This document shows, in pieces, positions 13,601 through 25,965 of a stretch of DNA of 64,000 bases. Under the pieces are notes generated by a model that was not told where the DNA came from, ran no database searches, and saw only the letters and a list, made by a program, of their open reading frames with translations. A program made the translations under genes and the position numbers. The first letter of the stretch is position 1; the number at the start of each line of letters is the position of its first letter. Origin of the DNA: Geosiphon pyriformis uo1. Lineage: Eukaryota > Fungi > Glomeromycota. The stretch is taken from positions 662,389-726,388 of the forward strand of contig JAAOMT010000678.1 in the NCBI GenBank assembly GCA_016748015.1. The letters run 5' to 3'.

Positions 13601-14115
13601 TCAATTCCCATCATAAATTACTCCCCAATTTAATGTCTAGAGGAATTATAAGAAATCAGCATATTGAGATATTTCATGTAATTTCCTTTTCAAAACCTTT
13701 TATTACAGCCCCCATCCTACCAAGAAATTAACTAATACATGTACATGTATTGATTTTTACAGCTTTATTGACTGTTGCTCATTCGATAAAAAAGCCATTG
13801 ATTTTGATAAGGGGCATAATTCAACTTCAACGGTCCGATGATCTTCCGTAGGCTGATTTAGCAATAGGTGTGACAATCCCTTAAACAAGTTTAGAATTTA
13901 CACATAGACAAATAGCAACAAACACAACGCGCCCAATTTAAGGGTAGACCAAAAGGGGATCATCATCGCGTTAACCCCTCCAAATGACACAGTCACCTTG
14001 GTAAATCTTTTTCATTATTCACAATCAACGACTTAAGAGCGAGAATTTCTTGAATACCTATCGTTGCGCTTTTCAAGTAGGCTCCCAAAAAACCGAACGA
14101 TCCCATTTTGCCATA

Positions 14116-16074
14116 ATGATTTCTCTTTTGACACGAACAATCTTTCATTTTTTACTTTTTACAAATACAATTTATGGATATACACCTGTAGGACGTTATG
14201 GACATTCAGCAACACTGATTGGGACAAAGATTTATTTCTTCGGCGGTTTAATAAACGATCAAAATATATCACCAGAACTTTTTTATCTAGATCTGTCAAA
14301 GAATATAAGTACAGCTGATTTAAATTATGTTTCGACGGATTTTTCGATACCTGATGGTATTCAAGGAGTATTTTCGGCAGCGGTATCTGCTGGAATCACG
14401 ACGAGTACCACAATTTTTGGGTATGGAGGGGTTAGTATAGAAAAAGAAGACTTTTTTAAAATTTTTCTTGGAAATGAAAATATAATGCTTTAACTATAAA
14501 GTGGAACTCAATCTCCTTTTAGGAGACAAATGTGGGAAGTATAATTCGTGATCCATTTCAATCACCCAACAATACATTCTTTTCAATTGACACACGCAAC
14601 AGCAGTTCCCCAAGTATATCAATATCAAGACAATCAACAAATGGACCTGGCTCTCGAATGAATCTAAATACAGTGATCGACACAAATGGATACATGTATA
14701 TCTTTGGGGGCTATGATGGAGTATTCAAAGATAGAAGCATGTACATACTTGACACTCGAAATCTTACTTGGAGTATTATACTACGGCCCAATGCTCCTGA
14801 TTTTCTATGGGGCTACACCTCAACCCTCTTGAAAGACGGCCGCATTTTATATATTGGTGGAAACCGCGTTGCCACCGAGAATAACCCGAATCGAGGGACC
14901 GATATGAATATAGTTGAGTTTTGATTCCCAAGAAAGAAAATTTCAATCATTATTCGATCCCTCTGAAAGTATTCAGTAACCTCTTCCTCTTACAATTTAT
15001 ATTTAGATTCAAGCATTTAATACGCTAAATAGTCAATGGAGTCAATTGGTAGGTAACTTTTAAGCTTTAAAAAATAAAAATCATTCTAATTTGATCGTTT
15101 CAATCATATCTTAGGTCGCAACTTCAGATGAAATAATTCCAAGCCGGAGTGGACACACTGCAATTTTATGTAAGTGAGCGGTAATATCAAGTTTAAATTC
15201 CCTCGTTCGATTTTCGAAAAATCGTAATCTTTTCTTTTAATTTCAAAGCCTCTGATGGCAACAAAATAATTATCTATGGTGGATCATTAAATCAAACAAG
15301 GTGAGTAATTAATGTTTCTTGAAAATTTCCAATTTCAAGACTCATAACGATCAGTTTAATTCACAATTTTATTTAGTTCAAATGGTGGAATTGCTGCTTT
15401 GGATATTCCATCCTTTCAGTGGTCATTACCATCAAATCAGAATTTAGGTCCATCAGCTATACCTAATCAACATACTGCTGTACTCTTTAATGATTATATG
15501 ATTATAGCTTTTGGTAGGTCAATACATTTCTGAGCTTTATTCATTCTAAAAAGTCTCAATGGGTTTTCGGTCTTCAGGCAAGAGAAATGACACCTCGAGC
15601 GGTGATCTAAATATTCTCGACATTGCCAATGGAAATTACCAGTGGGTAGATTTCACAGATCGACCCCTACCATCCTCTCAATCCAAAACTACCCTTGAAA
15701 ACTCGTCAAACAGCTCAACAACAGAAGAAAATTCAAGTTCAGAATCATTTAATTCAGCCCCTTCACATAATAATGGCTTGCCTATTTGGAGCATTGTCGT
15801 CATGACGATTTTGGCCTTTATTGTTTTCCTAGTTGCTTTTTTTGGAATACGAAAATACTTCCTAACCCGTCCACATATAACGGATCAACCTACCACATCA
15901 CATATATCTAGTACATCACATATACCTAGTGTTTTTTCCGTTGAAGGTTCTCCTAAATTGCTTAGGGATTCTAATGAAGTGGTTGACAATCAGGTTTATG
16001 TGAATAGACTCACACGGGTAAAATCTTTAAATTGGTTGCCCCAAAAAACTATTGCCAGCTCTTCTAAACAATAA
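14116..16074 (+). CDS. Kelch-repeat (galactose-oxidase-type beta-propeller) single-pass type I membrane protein, about 495 aa
   Basis: Exons 14116-14430, 14523-14912, 15007-15048, 15115-15169, 15249-15300, 15377-15513, 15578-16074, all in frame. Signal peptide; kelch motifs GRYGHSA..IYFFGG, MYIFGG, ILYIGG, SRSGHTA..IIIYGG, MIIAFG; Ser/Thr-rich stalk; TM segment WSIVVMTILAFIVFLVAFFGI; cytoplasmic tail. Confidence 0.9.
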
Positions 16075-18087
16075 CTTTCTACAAATATTTGTTTAAATCA
16101 AACAATTATTCATTCTGAAAATTTTCACTAAATTAATTTTGAATTTCCTTCCATAACAGAAAGACCCTCGATATTTTAAATGTAATGCTACAAATATAAA
16201 GTCATTTTTCAACTATTTTAATGAGGCAGTCACCCATCAGATGCAAAAAATATTATCCTCGAGGACGATAAATTTTGACTATTTCTTGTGAAGGATTGCA
16301 TTACAGTTTTATAAAAATTCAATTATTATCAAAGTTTCTTTAAAACGGCTTGCTATGAAAGTTTAAAATATACCGGGTTTTTTTTGAACCAATTCCGATT
16401 TCCGAGTATATTTGGGACATACGTATACCTCGTCAAAAAGATATTGTGCGAGTCATTAACACAGTTTTCCAATGGACTGCTATATTCCTAGTTATGAATG
16501 ATGATTTTTTGCTTAAGAAACCTGGCAGATAATCTTGCATAAGTTATTTAATACGATCGAAGCCGAGGTAGAGAAGGAGTAGTTTCCAAGTCATGATTGA
16601 TCAAATGGGAAATTTTAATGTGCAAATCTTTTAATTTATTGCATGTAGAAGGAACCCTCTCATAGGAAAGCTTCTTCAGCAACAAAAGGAAAAAATTATT
16701 TTAGAAAGTTTACTGTTTATTGTAAAATTTCAAATCTGCTTAGCACCACAAAATTGCTCTTGCAGTTTCGCACGTTTTCTCAGTGTTATCAGTAATGAAT
16801 ACATATCATAGAAAAGCACAAGTGACAAAAGCATGATTTTTTGAATTATGTAAAAAGTTTATAATAAGTTAAAAATATTTAGTCCGCAAATTTTATGGTT
16901 TTGAAAGGAGCCAAGCTAATATATATAAATAAAATTACTTCTCTCCTTTTGATAAAAATATCAATTTACCAAGCTATTTTTCTAGCAAAAACACCAATCC
17001 TTATTAAAAACTGAATAATTAAAATAACTTATTTATTAATTTTAACTGACAATTTTTTCATAAATATAAAATTGTTGCTTTATCTCTTTTCTTTTTCATT
17101 CCAGTCTATACAATATTACACCATTTTTCTCCACCACCATTACCATTAATCTTAACATTATTGATTTCTTATCCATAAAACAAGCCCTTGATTTCAAGCC
17201 GTATTTCTTATTAAAGTAATGAAATTAGCCGGTCAAAAAATTGTATACCAATTTGTTTAAATGTGAAAATTTTAATCCAAATTGTATTTTTGATAAAATG
17301 AGAAAAAAAATTATGAAAAGTTTTATACAAAAACTTTGTATTTTTATTAAAAATCTTAATCAATCTCATAATCTTGATAAAAACAACTTACAATAACCAA
17401 ATTTATTGATTATAAAAAAGCACCACTTTGGCAATTCAGAGTCTTATGTAAATTTTATTTCAATTATAAACTGCGAATCAAAGCTAGGAAAACAATAATT
17501 TGAACTTAGTTTATAGCAATAACTATATTCAAATAATACAAATAATGCGATTTTTATTATATAAAATAATCGTAATAACTCCAACGATAATTGCTACACT
17601 GACTGTCACGTGCATTAATAACATTCAACTTCCGGTCATCCTTTATTTGGTTTCAGAAAAAGTTTCTGATCTCTTTTCATATGTCAAAGGACTGGGTGAA
17701 CGGAAATACCAAATATTTTGAGATTCGAGAACATTACTTAAATATACTTTGGAAAATTATTTGAAAACGCCTAGCCTTAATGTTTAAGACAAATTAAAAA
17801 TATAATAAAAACTCCAGCTATAAACTTTAAGGCCAAATTTAGCTTTTTCTAAAGAATCAAAATGGAGCAGAAAGTTTTTACCCGATAAAAAGCCTGCAAC
17901 TTGAAAAAAATTTAGAAAGAAACTACTAAACAAAATAGAGTCAAAAAGCTTGGGCAAATACAAGAATTCAGTTGTTATAGATTAAAAAATTTAAGTAGCA
18001 CAGCATCTTTAAGACCACCCCCTCACCACATGAACAACTCTCAATAAAATGAGTTGCTTCCCAACCATACTAAACGTATAAAATTAA

Positions 18088-18252
18088 GGGTCTTTCTCGC
18101 GGCGGACCACGTACTCGACCCAATAAAAAATTATCCCGTCGCCATTTCCTTTAGGAAATCTGAAGTAGTAGCGGCTAGCGCTGTGCAATGCTATCTGCCA
18201 CCACCTGCCTAACCACCTTCATGATCATGCTCAGAACAAGGCAGGTAATTAT
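18088..18252 (-). ncRNA. U1: U1 spliceosomal snRNA (variant 5' end; gene or recent pseudogene)
   Basis: Minus strand reads ATAATTACCTG, then loop I GATCATGAAG (U1-70K site), loop II ATTGCAC (U1A site), stem III ATTTCC-TAAA-GGAAAT, Sm site AATTTTTT and stem-loop IV with a TCCG tetraloop. Length 165 nt. Confidence 0.92.
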
Positions 18253-18279
18253 AAAGATAAAATATGGTGTGTAAAATTA

Positions 18280-18332
18280 TCATATTTAAAAAAGTTTTGT
18301 TAATTCAATGCAAAGATCGTAATTGTGGGATA
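18280..18332 (-). promoter_or_regulatory. Candidate snRNA promoter elements upstream of U1
   Basis: TCCCACAATTAC at about -78 to -67 resembles the plant USE TCCCACATCG. An AT-rich TTTAAATA lies at about -35. Confidence 0.3.
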
Positions 18333-18642
18333 ATATTTTTAATTGTTTCTAATATGTTTAATACAGCTTGATCATAAAAAGAAAAAGAAATTTTGTCAAA
18401 TAGTATTTCAATATAGAGCAAGTTCTTTATCCACAAAATTGCTCAATTCGTTTGGCGAATTAGTAAATTAGCTCAATCAACTATAATTGTAATTCATTTA
18501 AAAAAATTGTCAAATATTAAGAGGCAACTATTACCGTTTAAATGCATCGACAATAGAAAAATTCGATGATAAATAAATCCGGAATTATTTTATTCATTAT
18601 ATGCTTCTTTATTTTTAAATAATGATATTTGCTTTTTTATTA

Positions 18643-19250
18643 CACTACGCAAAAACAGGTGTCCGCTTTTTCATTGATACAGCTAACTATCCCACATGGT
18701 ACTAAGTCTAGCTAATTCTATATAGTCGTGGCACTGCAAAACATCACATCTCCCTAGTGGAGGCTACAGCCCAGCTTATACTAAAAGGAGGTTAATCAAT
18801 TCTCTTCTAAACGGCGTTGGCACCCGTTCTTAGCAGAGTTTATGGACAAGAAGATATTCCTTATATTTTGAGTGGCGTTTACGTCACGATTCCAGTGGGT
18901 CTATGAGAAAAGAAGATGCAAAATATAAGAAATAAGGAAAATATTAATATAGAGTTTCCAATAACAAACATACACTTACCATACATATGTCTTCACATAC
19001 TCAGGCTGACTAAAATCGCTGACATTCACCAAACCACCCATTACACAAAAGAAAAAATTTTGTCGAAATTCATCGACCATCCTCACCCTACACCTCTTCC
19101 TCAATTCTTGATACAATCCTTTTACTGGTCCTGTCGCATGACCATCCCCAAATACCATCACTGTACTTGCTACATGCAATAATGGGCAAGAACCCTATAT
19201 TGAATAAATTTTTCATGCTGCACTTTTGAAAGAGAAGGTCACGATATTAA
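18643..19250 (-). mobile_element. Truncated CACTA/EnSpm-type element end carrying a Fanzor C-terminal relic with an intron and a candidate omegaRNA
   Basis: Translation VFGDGHATGPVKGLYQELRKRCRVRMVDEFR (RuvC-II), then ...*VCEDICM, GT-AG intron 18979-18901, THWNRDVNATQNIRNIF (Zn finger plus RuvC-III). Terminus CACTACGCAAAAA starts at 18643, about 150 nt beyond the ORF end. Confidence 0.82.
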
Positions 19251-19869
19251 AACATAATTTTATGTTTGTGTAAAAACAACTGAACTGAGTTCAGTTCAAA
19301 TGAAAAACCCACATAAATCTTTCAATACTGATAATTCTTAATATTATAGATTTTTTCAAGAAAATCAATTTTATAAAAGTGACTGCTAGAAAAAAAGACG
19401 CAAAGCAAACGAATTAATTTGAAAGACTCATGGAAATTAAAGAATTCATTTTTAAATCTCTTGATTCAGTCCTCTTTGCCTACCAATAAAAATTGCTAAA
19501 ATCTTCGGATTTGATCAGTTTCTATTTCCTTTCAAAGAAAAAAAAAGAACCGTAACGCCAAGCCAGTCACTTTTATGGTTTATACAGTGTGGAACAAAAG
19601 AAACCGAATTTGTAAAATTGGTTATTATATTTCAATTAATGCACCAAATTATATTAAAAAATACCATTAGAAAGCTGAATTTATTAAAATATTTAAGTCA
19701 GATAAATTGGCAGGCCGATCAATAATATCAGCAATAAATATCTGAGGAATTTTACATTTGTGCTTTGGACGACTATTTTGCTAGAACCACAATTTTCATT
19801 CTAGCATATTGTTAATTTTAGGAAGATAAGTGCAAAGAATTTCAATGTAAAATTCATCATTTATTATAC

Positions 19870-20843
19870 CAGTAAAGCAAAATAAATTTGTTTTTCCTTC
19901 GTTATATAACCACTCCAAGCAAAAAAAAATTATAATTTTTTGGTATAGTCCAAGTTGGTTGCAAACCTTTATACTAACATTTTAATGTGTTTCTAAGTAA
20001 ATAGAATGGAGTTTTATCTAAAAAACAGTCCAGTTACAATTGTTATTTAAAATTTGGTTAGCTTATTCTACATGAGGTTTTTTTATACTTATTTGTAAGC
20101 ATTGGTGTTGCTAAAGGAAGAATTTATTGATATTCAAAAACTTTTTAATGTTTTCTTATTGTTTTGTAGAATATATTTATACAATTTTGTTATTAAAATT
20201 ATAGAATCTCAACAAATTATTAATGCCAACTATTATTCCTTATATGCTTTACTATTTCTGTTTCTTTAAGCTTTTTAAGAATATCATAGATAATGAAATA
20301 TGGTATTTTTGTCTTTTATTGTGTTTTACTTGCATTCTATATTTCATTATTTCAAAAATATAATATAGCTTGTTACTGCATTCTTTGCTTAAATGAAAGC
20401 AATTTGAAGGAGAATTTTGAAAATAAATAAATAAGAAATGCATTAAATATTTTTGAATATTTATTTAAGAAAGTTTGCAATTGTTAATAAAAAATAACTG
20501 CTGTTGTAATTCTATGTCTCATTCAGCACTTTTAAATTCAATAACAAATATTAATTATTCTTAACAATTGTTTATTCAATAAATTACCAAAAAAAAGGTA
20601 TAAAGTTGAATTTGATTTAAAGATAAGTCAATAATTGTAATTTTATGGCTATATATTGAAATAATTAAATATTTTTTTATAGATTTAAAAGGTTATGTTT
20701 ATATAACCAATAAAAGAGTCAAAAAAGCAAGTCAACAATTAAGTCAAGAATTAAGTCAATGATTAAGTCAACAACTATGTAATGTTAGTGGCTAATACAT
20801 AATTAAGCTAATATAAAAATTAATTATGTTTGAAGGGATCCTT
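19870..20843 (-). mobile_element. Degraded Tc1/mariner transposon (5' half)
   Basis: Frameshifted translation IYDILKKLKET; LPLATPMLT; WTVFLDKTPFYLLRNT (degenerate FSDET..QLFRNT); FAW..GKTNLFCF. Subterminal 12-bp repeats. Boundaries approximate. Confidence 0.75.
20729..20776 (+). repeat. 12-bp tandem repeat x4 (AAGTCAAnnATT), subterminal to the Tc1 relic
   Basis: aagtcaacaatt aagtcaagaatt aagtcaatgatt aagtcaacaact. Confidence 0.85.
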
Positions 20844-22614
20844 TAATGGAATTACGAAAATTTGTAACAATATTATTTAAAAAGATTTCAAAAGCGTTTT
20901 ACGTGAAAATTTTGAGACATTTCACGAACTTTGATGATAAAAAACGACCAATGTTCACAGCAATGATTGATAACGACCAATTTTTCCTTATTAAATAACT
21001 TTGAAATTTTCGGGATGAATTTTCCTTACAATGAAAAGCAAAACTTTTTGCCTCCACGAGACGATGGATTATTCTTTTTACGTTGGAATTCTAAGTCAAT
21101 ACTTTCCATATATTAAAACGATGTTAGATAATAATTGACGGTTCCAATTAAACAAAATGATCTGAAACACATTAACAATTAGCCGGAGAATTTATTCGAG
21201 AAAACTTTCCAAGATTCCTAAACTAAATTCTACAGAAAGCTTTATAAAGTATTGTTAAGGGAACGTAGAGAAGCAGCAGCCAAAAATTTCTTTTATAATT
21301 TGATTATTTATTGTAGAAGAATGGGAATATATAAAACTTAATATTTAAATAAGAGTAAAAGTATTTCTTATTAAATTCTATTAATTAAATTTCTCTGCTT
21401 TTAATTTTTCAACTTCATTTTTGCAGTAATTATAGAACAATCGTCAAATGATTTCGTCTAAAAGTATTTAAAATACTGTATATAATACCTGTTTTTCACT
21501 TGCAGAAAAATTACTTTTCAACCATTGGCTTTGTACTTAAATATCATTTATTCCAAGGTACAAAACAAATATAAATTAAACAAAAAATAAGTTGAATATA
21601 GATTATAAGAAATATTATTCTTTTGGCTTTTTTTATGACGCAGAAAAAATAAGTTGAATAATTATTTCATATTCTCATTGTTGTGAACGAATTCTTTGTT
21701 TTTCCGAAGTGTTTTTAGATAGATAATTTTTTTACATCATCCGACTTTAGATTAAAGAGATTTAAAGATTGAAACTTCCAGAAAAATTATTAGCAATGCC
21801 TTTTTTTGGGGAATAAGTTACGAGGTTCTTGCCAATGAAAGTTTTCAATTTGGCATTGTAGCAGGAAATTAAAATGACAAACAGTGATGATTTCCTGATC
21901 AAAAAGGGAAAATATAATAGGCTATCCTTTTTTCCATGTTTTGCCAAATGTACTGGTTTATTAAATTTATCAAGTTAGCCCCTTTCTTGACAGTTAACTT
22001 AATCGGAAAGACTTTTTTCAATTTATTTGCCAAGGAGAAATCTCGTGAAAAGGATAAAAACATTACAAGTTGATCATTAAATAAATTTAAAAATCACGCA
22101 AAGAAAATTATTTGGAATGCCAAATCTTTATCATGTGAGAAAAAGAAGTTTTTTGTTTTCAGAGAATATTTTATATTACTCTTTTTGATTTAGGTTTCAA
22201 AATTACCCCCCAAAGCCCCAGTAATGTGGAAGATGGTGAAACATCGGAACTTCGTTATCAAAACTCGGTAATTTGTTGATAGCTAATATTTTTCGGATTC
22301 GACGATCGCTCTTTTTTGAAGATAATGTTAAGTGCCATATTTTAGCTCGTTTTCGACGCTAACATTTCACGCTTCTTGATGTTGACATCATCAATTAAAA
22401 AATTTTTAATGATTCTTCGTGACCTGAAAAATAAATTGCGAAAGAGAAACAAAAAAGACGCAATGCAACACGAAGTCGGCTTAGAAATAAAGAAGAGGAG
22501 GCATTGGCTTGTAAGCGTCCAAAAAATAAATTGTTTTCATTCATAAATTTTGAGCTTTCTTGGTCCACCTCAAATTTAAAAAAGATTTTCGACAAAGGAA
22601 ATTCCAAAACACTG

Positions 22615-23924
22615 ATGAAAAACAGAAGATTTTGCTTACTACTATCAACATTAGTTTTCTCAACTATAGTGATTCTGATTCATACGCTTCTGAATCAAAT
22701 CAGTCGAAGCTTTTTTCCCATTTATAAGCAGAAAGACAATCAAAAAATCTCGAGTCAACTTGGGATTTTGGGTCAAAAAATATCCGTCCAAAACTATTCT
22801 CGGCCTACAGTCACTTTTTCATTTAAAAATAGCAGCACTAAGTTAAATATCTTTCGCAGGGAAGCTAAAATGATCTTAGCAAATATGAATGAGGAGGATG
22901 AAGGAAAATTTCCTATAGATGATAGACCTATTATGATGAAAAGGTTTAATATTTATGCCCGGTATGCAAGTCTGGGTTATTGTCGACATAGCGGCTTCCA
23001 AATGATTTCCAATGATTTGAGCGGTAATTTTCGAACGTTTTTTTGGCCAATTTTTGATTGCATCCTTTGATAATTGGTTCCAAATTTTCAAAGTTAGATC
23101 ATTCGTACCCTCTGATGACGAAAGGTCACTTTTAGTTTCTTTTCGAACAGCCTCAATATCAAGATCACAATGGATAGAACGAGAATTCAATTTAGTAGCT
23201 TACCCTAGTGTTCCTAATGCCCGAGTTGATGAAAAGTTCTATGATCAATACAGGCTTGTTTCAAGTAAAATAAAAGAAAAAATTACCAAATTGCGAAATA
23301 AATTGATACGTAATTTTATTCTAGTGGGTCATAGTACTGCGGGTGGTAAGAAGTAATATAATGATTTATTTCATTTTTAACTTGATACATTCGAAACTAA
23401 ATACATTTCCACATTTAAGTATACGCTCTATTCTTGGCACTAGATTTGAGTAATACCTGGAAATTCGATAATTTTACAGTCGTTACATATGGTCAACCTA
23501 GAATAGGTAATAAATATTTTGCTCAGCATATAAATACACATTCAAAAATTAGAACCTATCGCCTGACCAACACTGATGACTATGTTCCACGATTACCGGT
23601 ATATGGCGAGAACCAATTAGTTCATCACTCACCTGAATATTGGATCGCTGTCGACTGTGATTGTTGGAGGGGAAAAGTTTATCGTTGCCAAGGCCCAATT
23701 GAAGATAATAAATTTATAATGGAAAGTAAGGTAGAAAAAGAAATCTAAGGTTCTGTTTATGTAATCTTTATTTTCGAAATGCATTCCGATTACTGATAGA
23801 GATGTTTTTTGAATTTGTGTAGAAATGTAACAATAGATACCATTATTTAGGCGATTCGTCTCATTATGGACCCTACTTTGGCGTTACAATGAAAGAATGT
23901 GATCGATTTAATAGTGTTAATTAG
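22615..23924 (+). CDS. L4: class-3 lipase-like protein (GHSTAG), about 357 aa
   Basis: Exons 22615-23023, 23094-23345, 23420-23730, 23823-23924. N-terminal hydrophobic segment; motifs YGQPRIG, TDDYVPRLP, CDC, SHYGPYFG. Confidence 0.9.
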
Positions 23925-24515
23925 GGTAATTCATTTTTTTTTGACTTTATATAACATTGCTAGGCAATTTTAATCCTGATCAGTTCAATTAATGGATGTG
24001 TATCATCAAATGTTTCGAAAGAACAGATTTTAGAGTTTTTGATAATTCATCCAACAAAAATCTATACAGATCCATAATTTTTTCATTCTTTTAACATTTC
24101 TCAAAAATGAAGTCTCTTCAATTATCTATAGAAAGATTATTGTTTTGAGTTTAGAAAATTCCTTTTTTTGAAAATAAAAGATATCAGAATCAACGAATCA
24201 TTTAAAATAAAAAGCGAGTTTTTGCAGTCCTAAAATTGTGGGAATATATGTAAGATGTTTTTTGGATTAGGATCTTCTTTTGAGAGAGATAAAATAGTCT
24301 CTTATTTCTAAAAACGATCGATGCTAAAGACCGAATTTATGGGTTAAACATTAATATTTACCTTTTGGGTAAATAATATTGAGTATTTTGTCTTTTAGAC
24401 AACAAATATTTGTAAATTTCACAAAACAAGGAAAAGATAAAGAATATATTGGATATCTCGTATTACTGAAAAGGCACCTTTTCCTCAACTTTAGTAACAT
24501 AAACACATTATAAAA

Positions 24516-25965
24516 ATGCTAAATATTAATAGTGTAAATTTCCATAGACTAAGACGTTTGGAAATAAGAACACCAAACAATCTTGGAAATAGTGGTCAAA
24601 GATTAAAATTTATTTCAAGAATTCATTTAAGCGTTGTACTTTGCCTTTTGTTTAAATACATTATTCAAGGGGATAGATCTTTAAATGAATTAACTGGTTT
24701 TCCGAGAGTCACCCAAGATCATACGTATAACATAAAAGTCGAAAGATTTTTCAATGTTTCCAATAAAAGGTTTGACTCTATATATAAACAAAAGCGTGAA
24801 ATAATTTCAAGGTTTAGGAATCCGAAAAAATATGAAATCGGCGGGAAACAACAACTTGAGGTTCGAAACATTGGGGATAAAGAGCTTTTGAAGAAATTCG
24901 AAACTTTTGCGCATTATGCCAGTTTAGGTTATTGTCTAAATAAAGATGAAGGTGATAGTATAGCACCAGAAATTAATGGTACCGATCGTTTCCTTACTAT
25001 GACGTTCAGAAGATTCAATAGTCCTCAAACAATAAAATTAATGACTTCTTTTTAAGCTCGAGTAGTTTGGTTTGAAAATCAGCATAAACAATCAGAATTG
25101 ATAATATATTTCGGAGCTAGAGTCTTGAATCGAAATGAATGGCTCAAAAGACATTGGAATTTGATTAAGTATCCTTTAATCGAACACGGGTCTATTGACG
25201 AGGAATTTCTTTCTGAGACAGCGACTGGGGTCAAAGGATTAAAAGATAAAATATTAAAATCTAGAGAATGGATAGAAATCAAGAAAATTTTGCGAATCAA
25301 TCTTGTTGGTCATGGATTAGCCGGAGGTAGGAACTACTGTTTGAAATGGGGTTATTGAATCAAGTGAAAATTTAACGTAAATGATTAATTAATAAGGAAT
25401 AATTTTTTATTTCCAGTATTCGCTGTTCTTTTACAACCGTATTTACAACTTATGTTTTCCCATGCTGAATATTATGTATATACTTATGGACAACCCCGAA
25501 TAGGAGACAAAGATTTTGCCAGAGCTTTGAGCTTACAAAAAAAACTTTTCATATATCGTATCACACATGCTGATGATTATGTTCCACGAATGCCACTTAA
25601 ATTGTCTTTTAGCCATCATCCCAGTGAGTTTTGGATTGAGGCAGATTGTGAATGTAAAATTGAAAAAGTTTACATGTGTTGGGGCCCAATTTTTTCCAGG
25701 GGATATGAGGAAGAGAGTCAGGTATTAAAAAAAAAAAAAAAAAAACTGCAATGATTTATATCTGCCATATCTCTATATCTCGAAAAACTAATATTCATCT
25801 TTTAATTGTCACCACGATATTTGATCTTTGATATTTAAGCTGTGTAACAACCAATATAATAAGTTTGAGGATCTTTTACATGAAGGGTATTATTTTAAAA
25901 AATATATGGGGAAGTGTCCTGAAGATAGAAGTCACCCTAATCCTGATTTGGATTTAAAATTTTAA
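24516..25965 (+). CDS. L5: class-3 lipase-like protein, nucleophile Ser>Gly (GHGLAG), about 387 aa
   Basis: Exons 24516-24978, 25057-25326, 25417-25721, 25840-25965. Motifs YGQPRIG, ADDYVPRMP, CEC, LHEGYYF. Tandem with L4. Confidence 0.9.

Noticed and set aside
18916-19182. 88-aa plus-strand ORF
   Set aside because: Antisense to the Fanzor relic, whose motifs are on the minus strand.
20729-20776. CRISPR-like array
   Set aside because: Contiguous 12-bp units without spacers, in a eukaryotic transposon end.
19250-21000. Partner (left) TIR of the CACTA-Fanzor element
   Set aside because: No TTTTTGCGTAGTG-like sequence found by eye; the element appears truncated.
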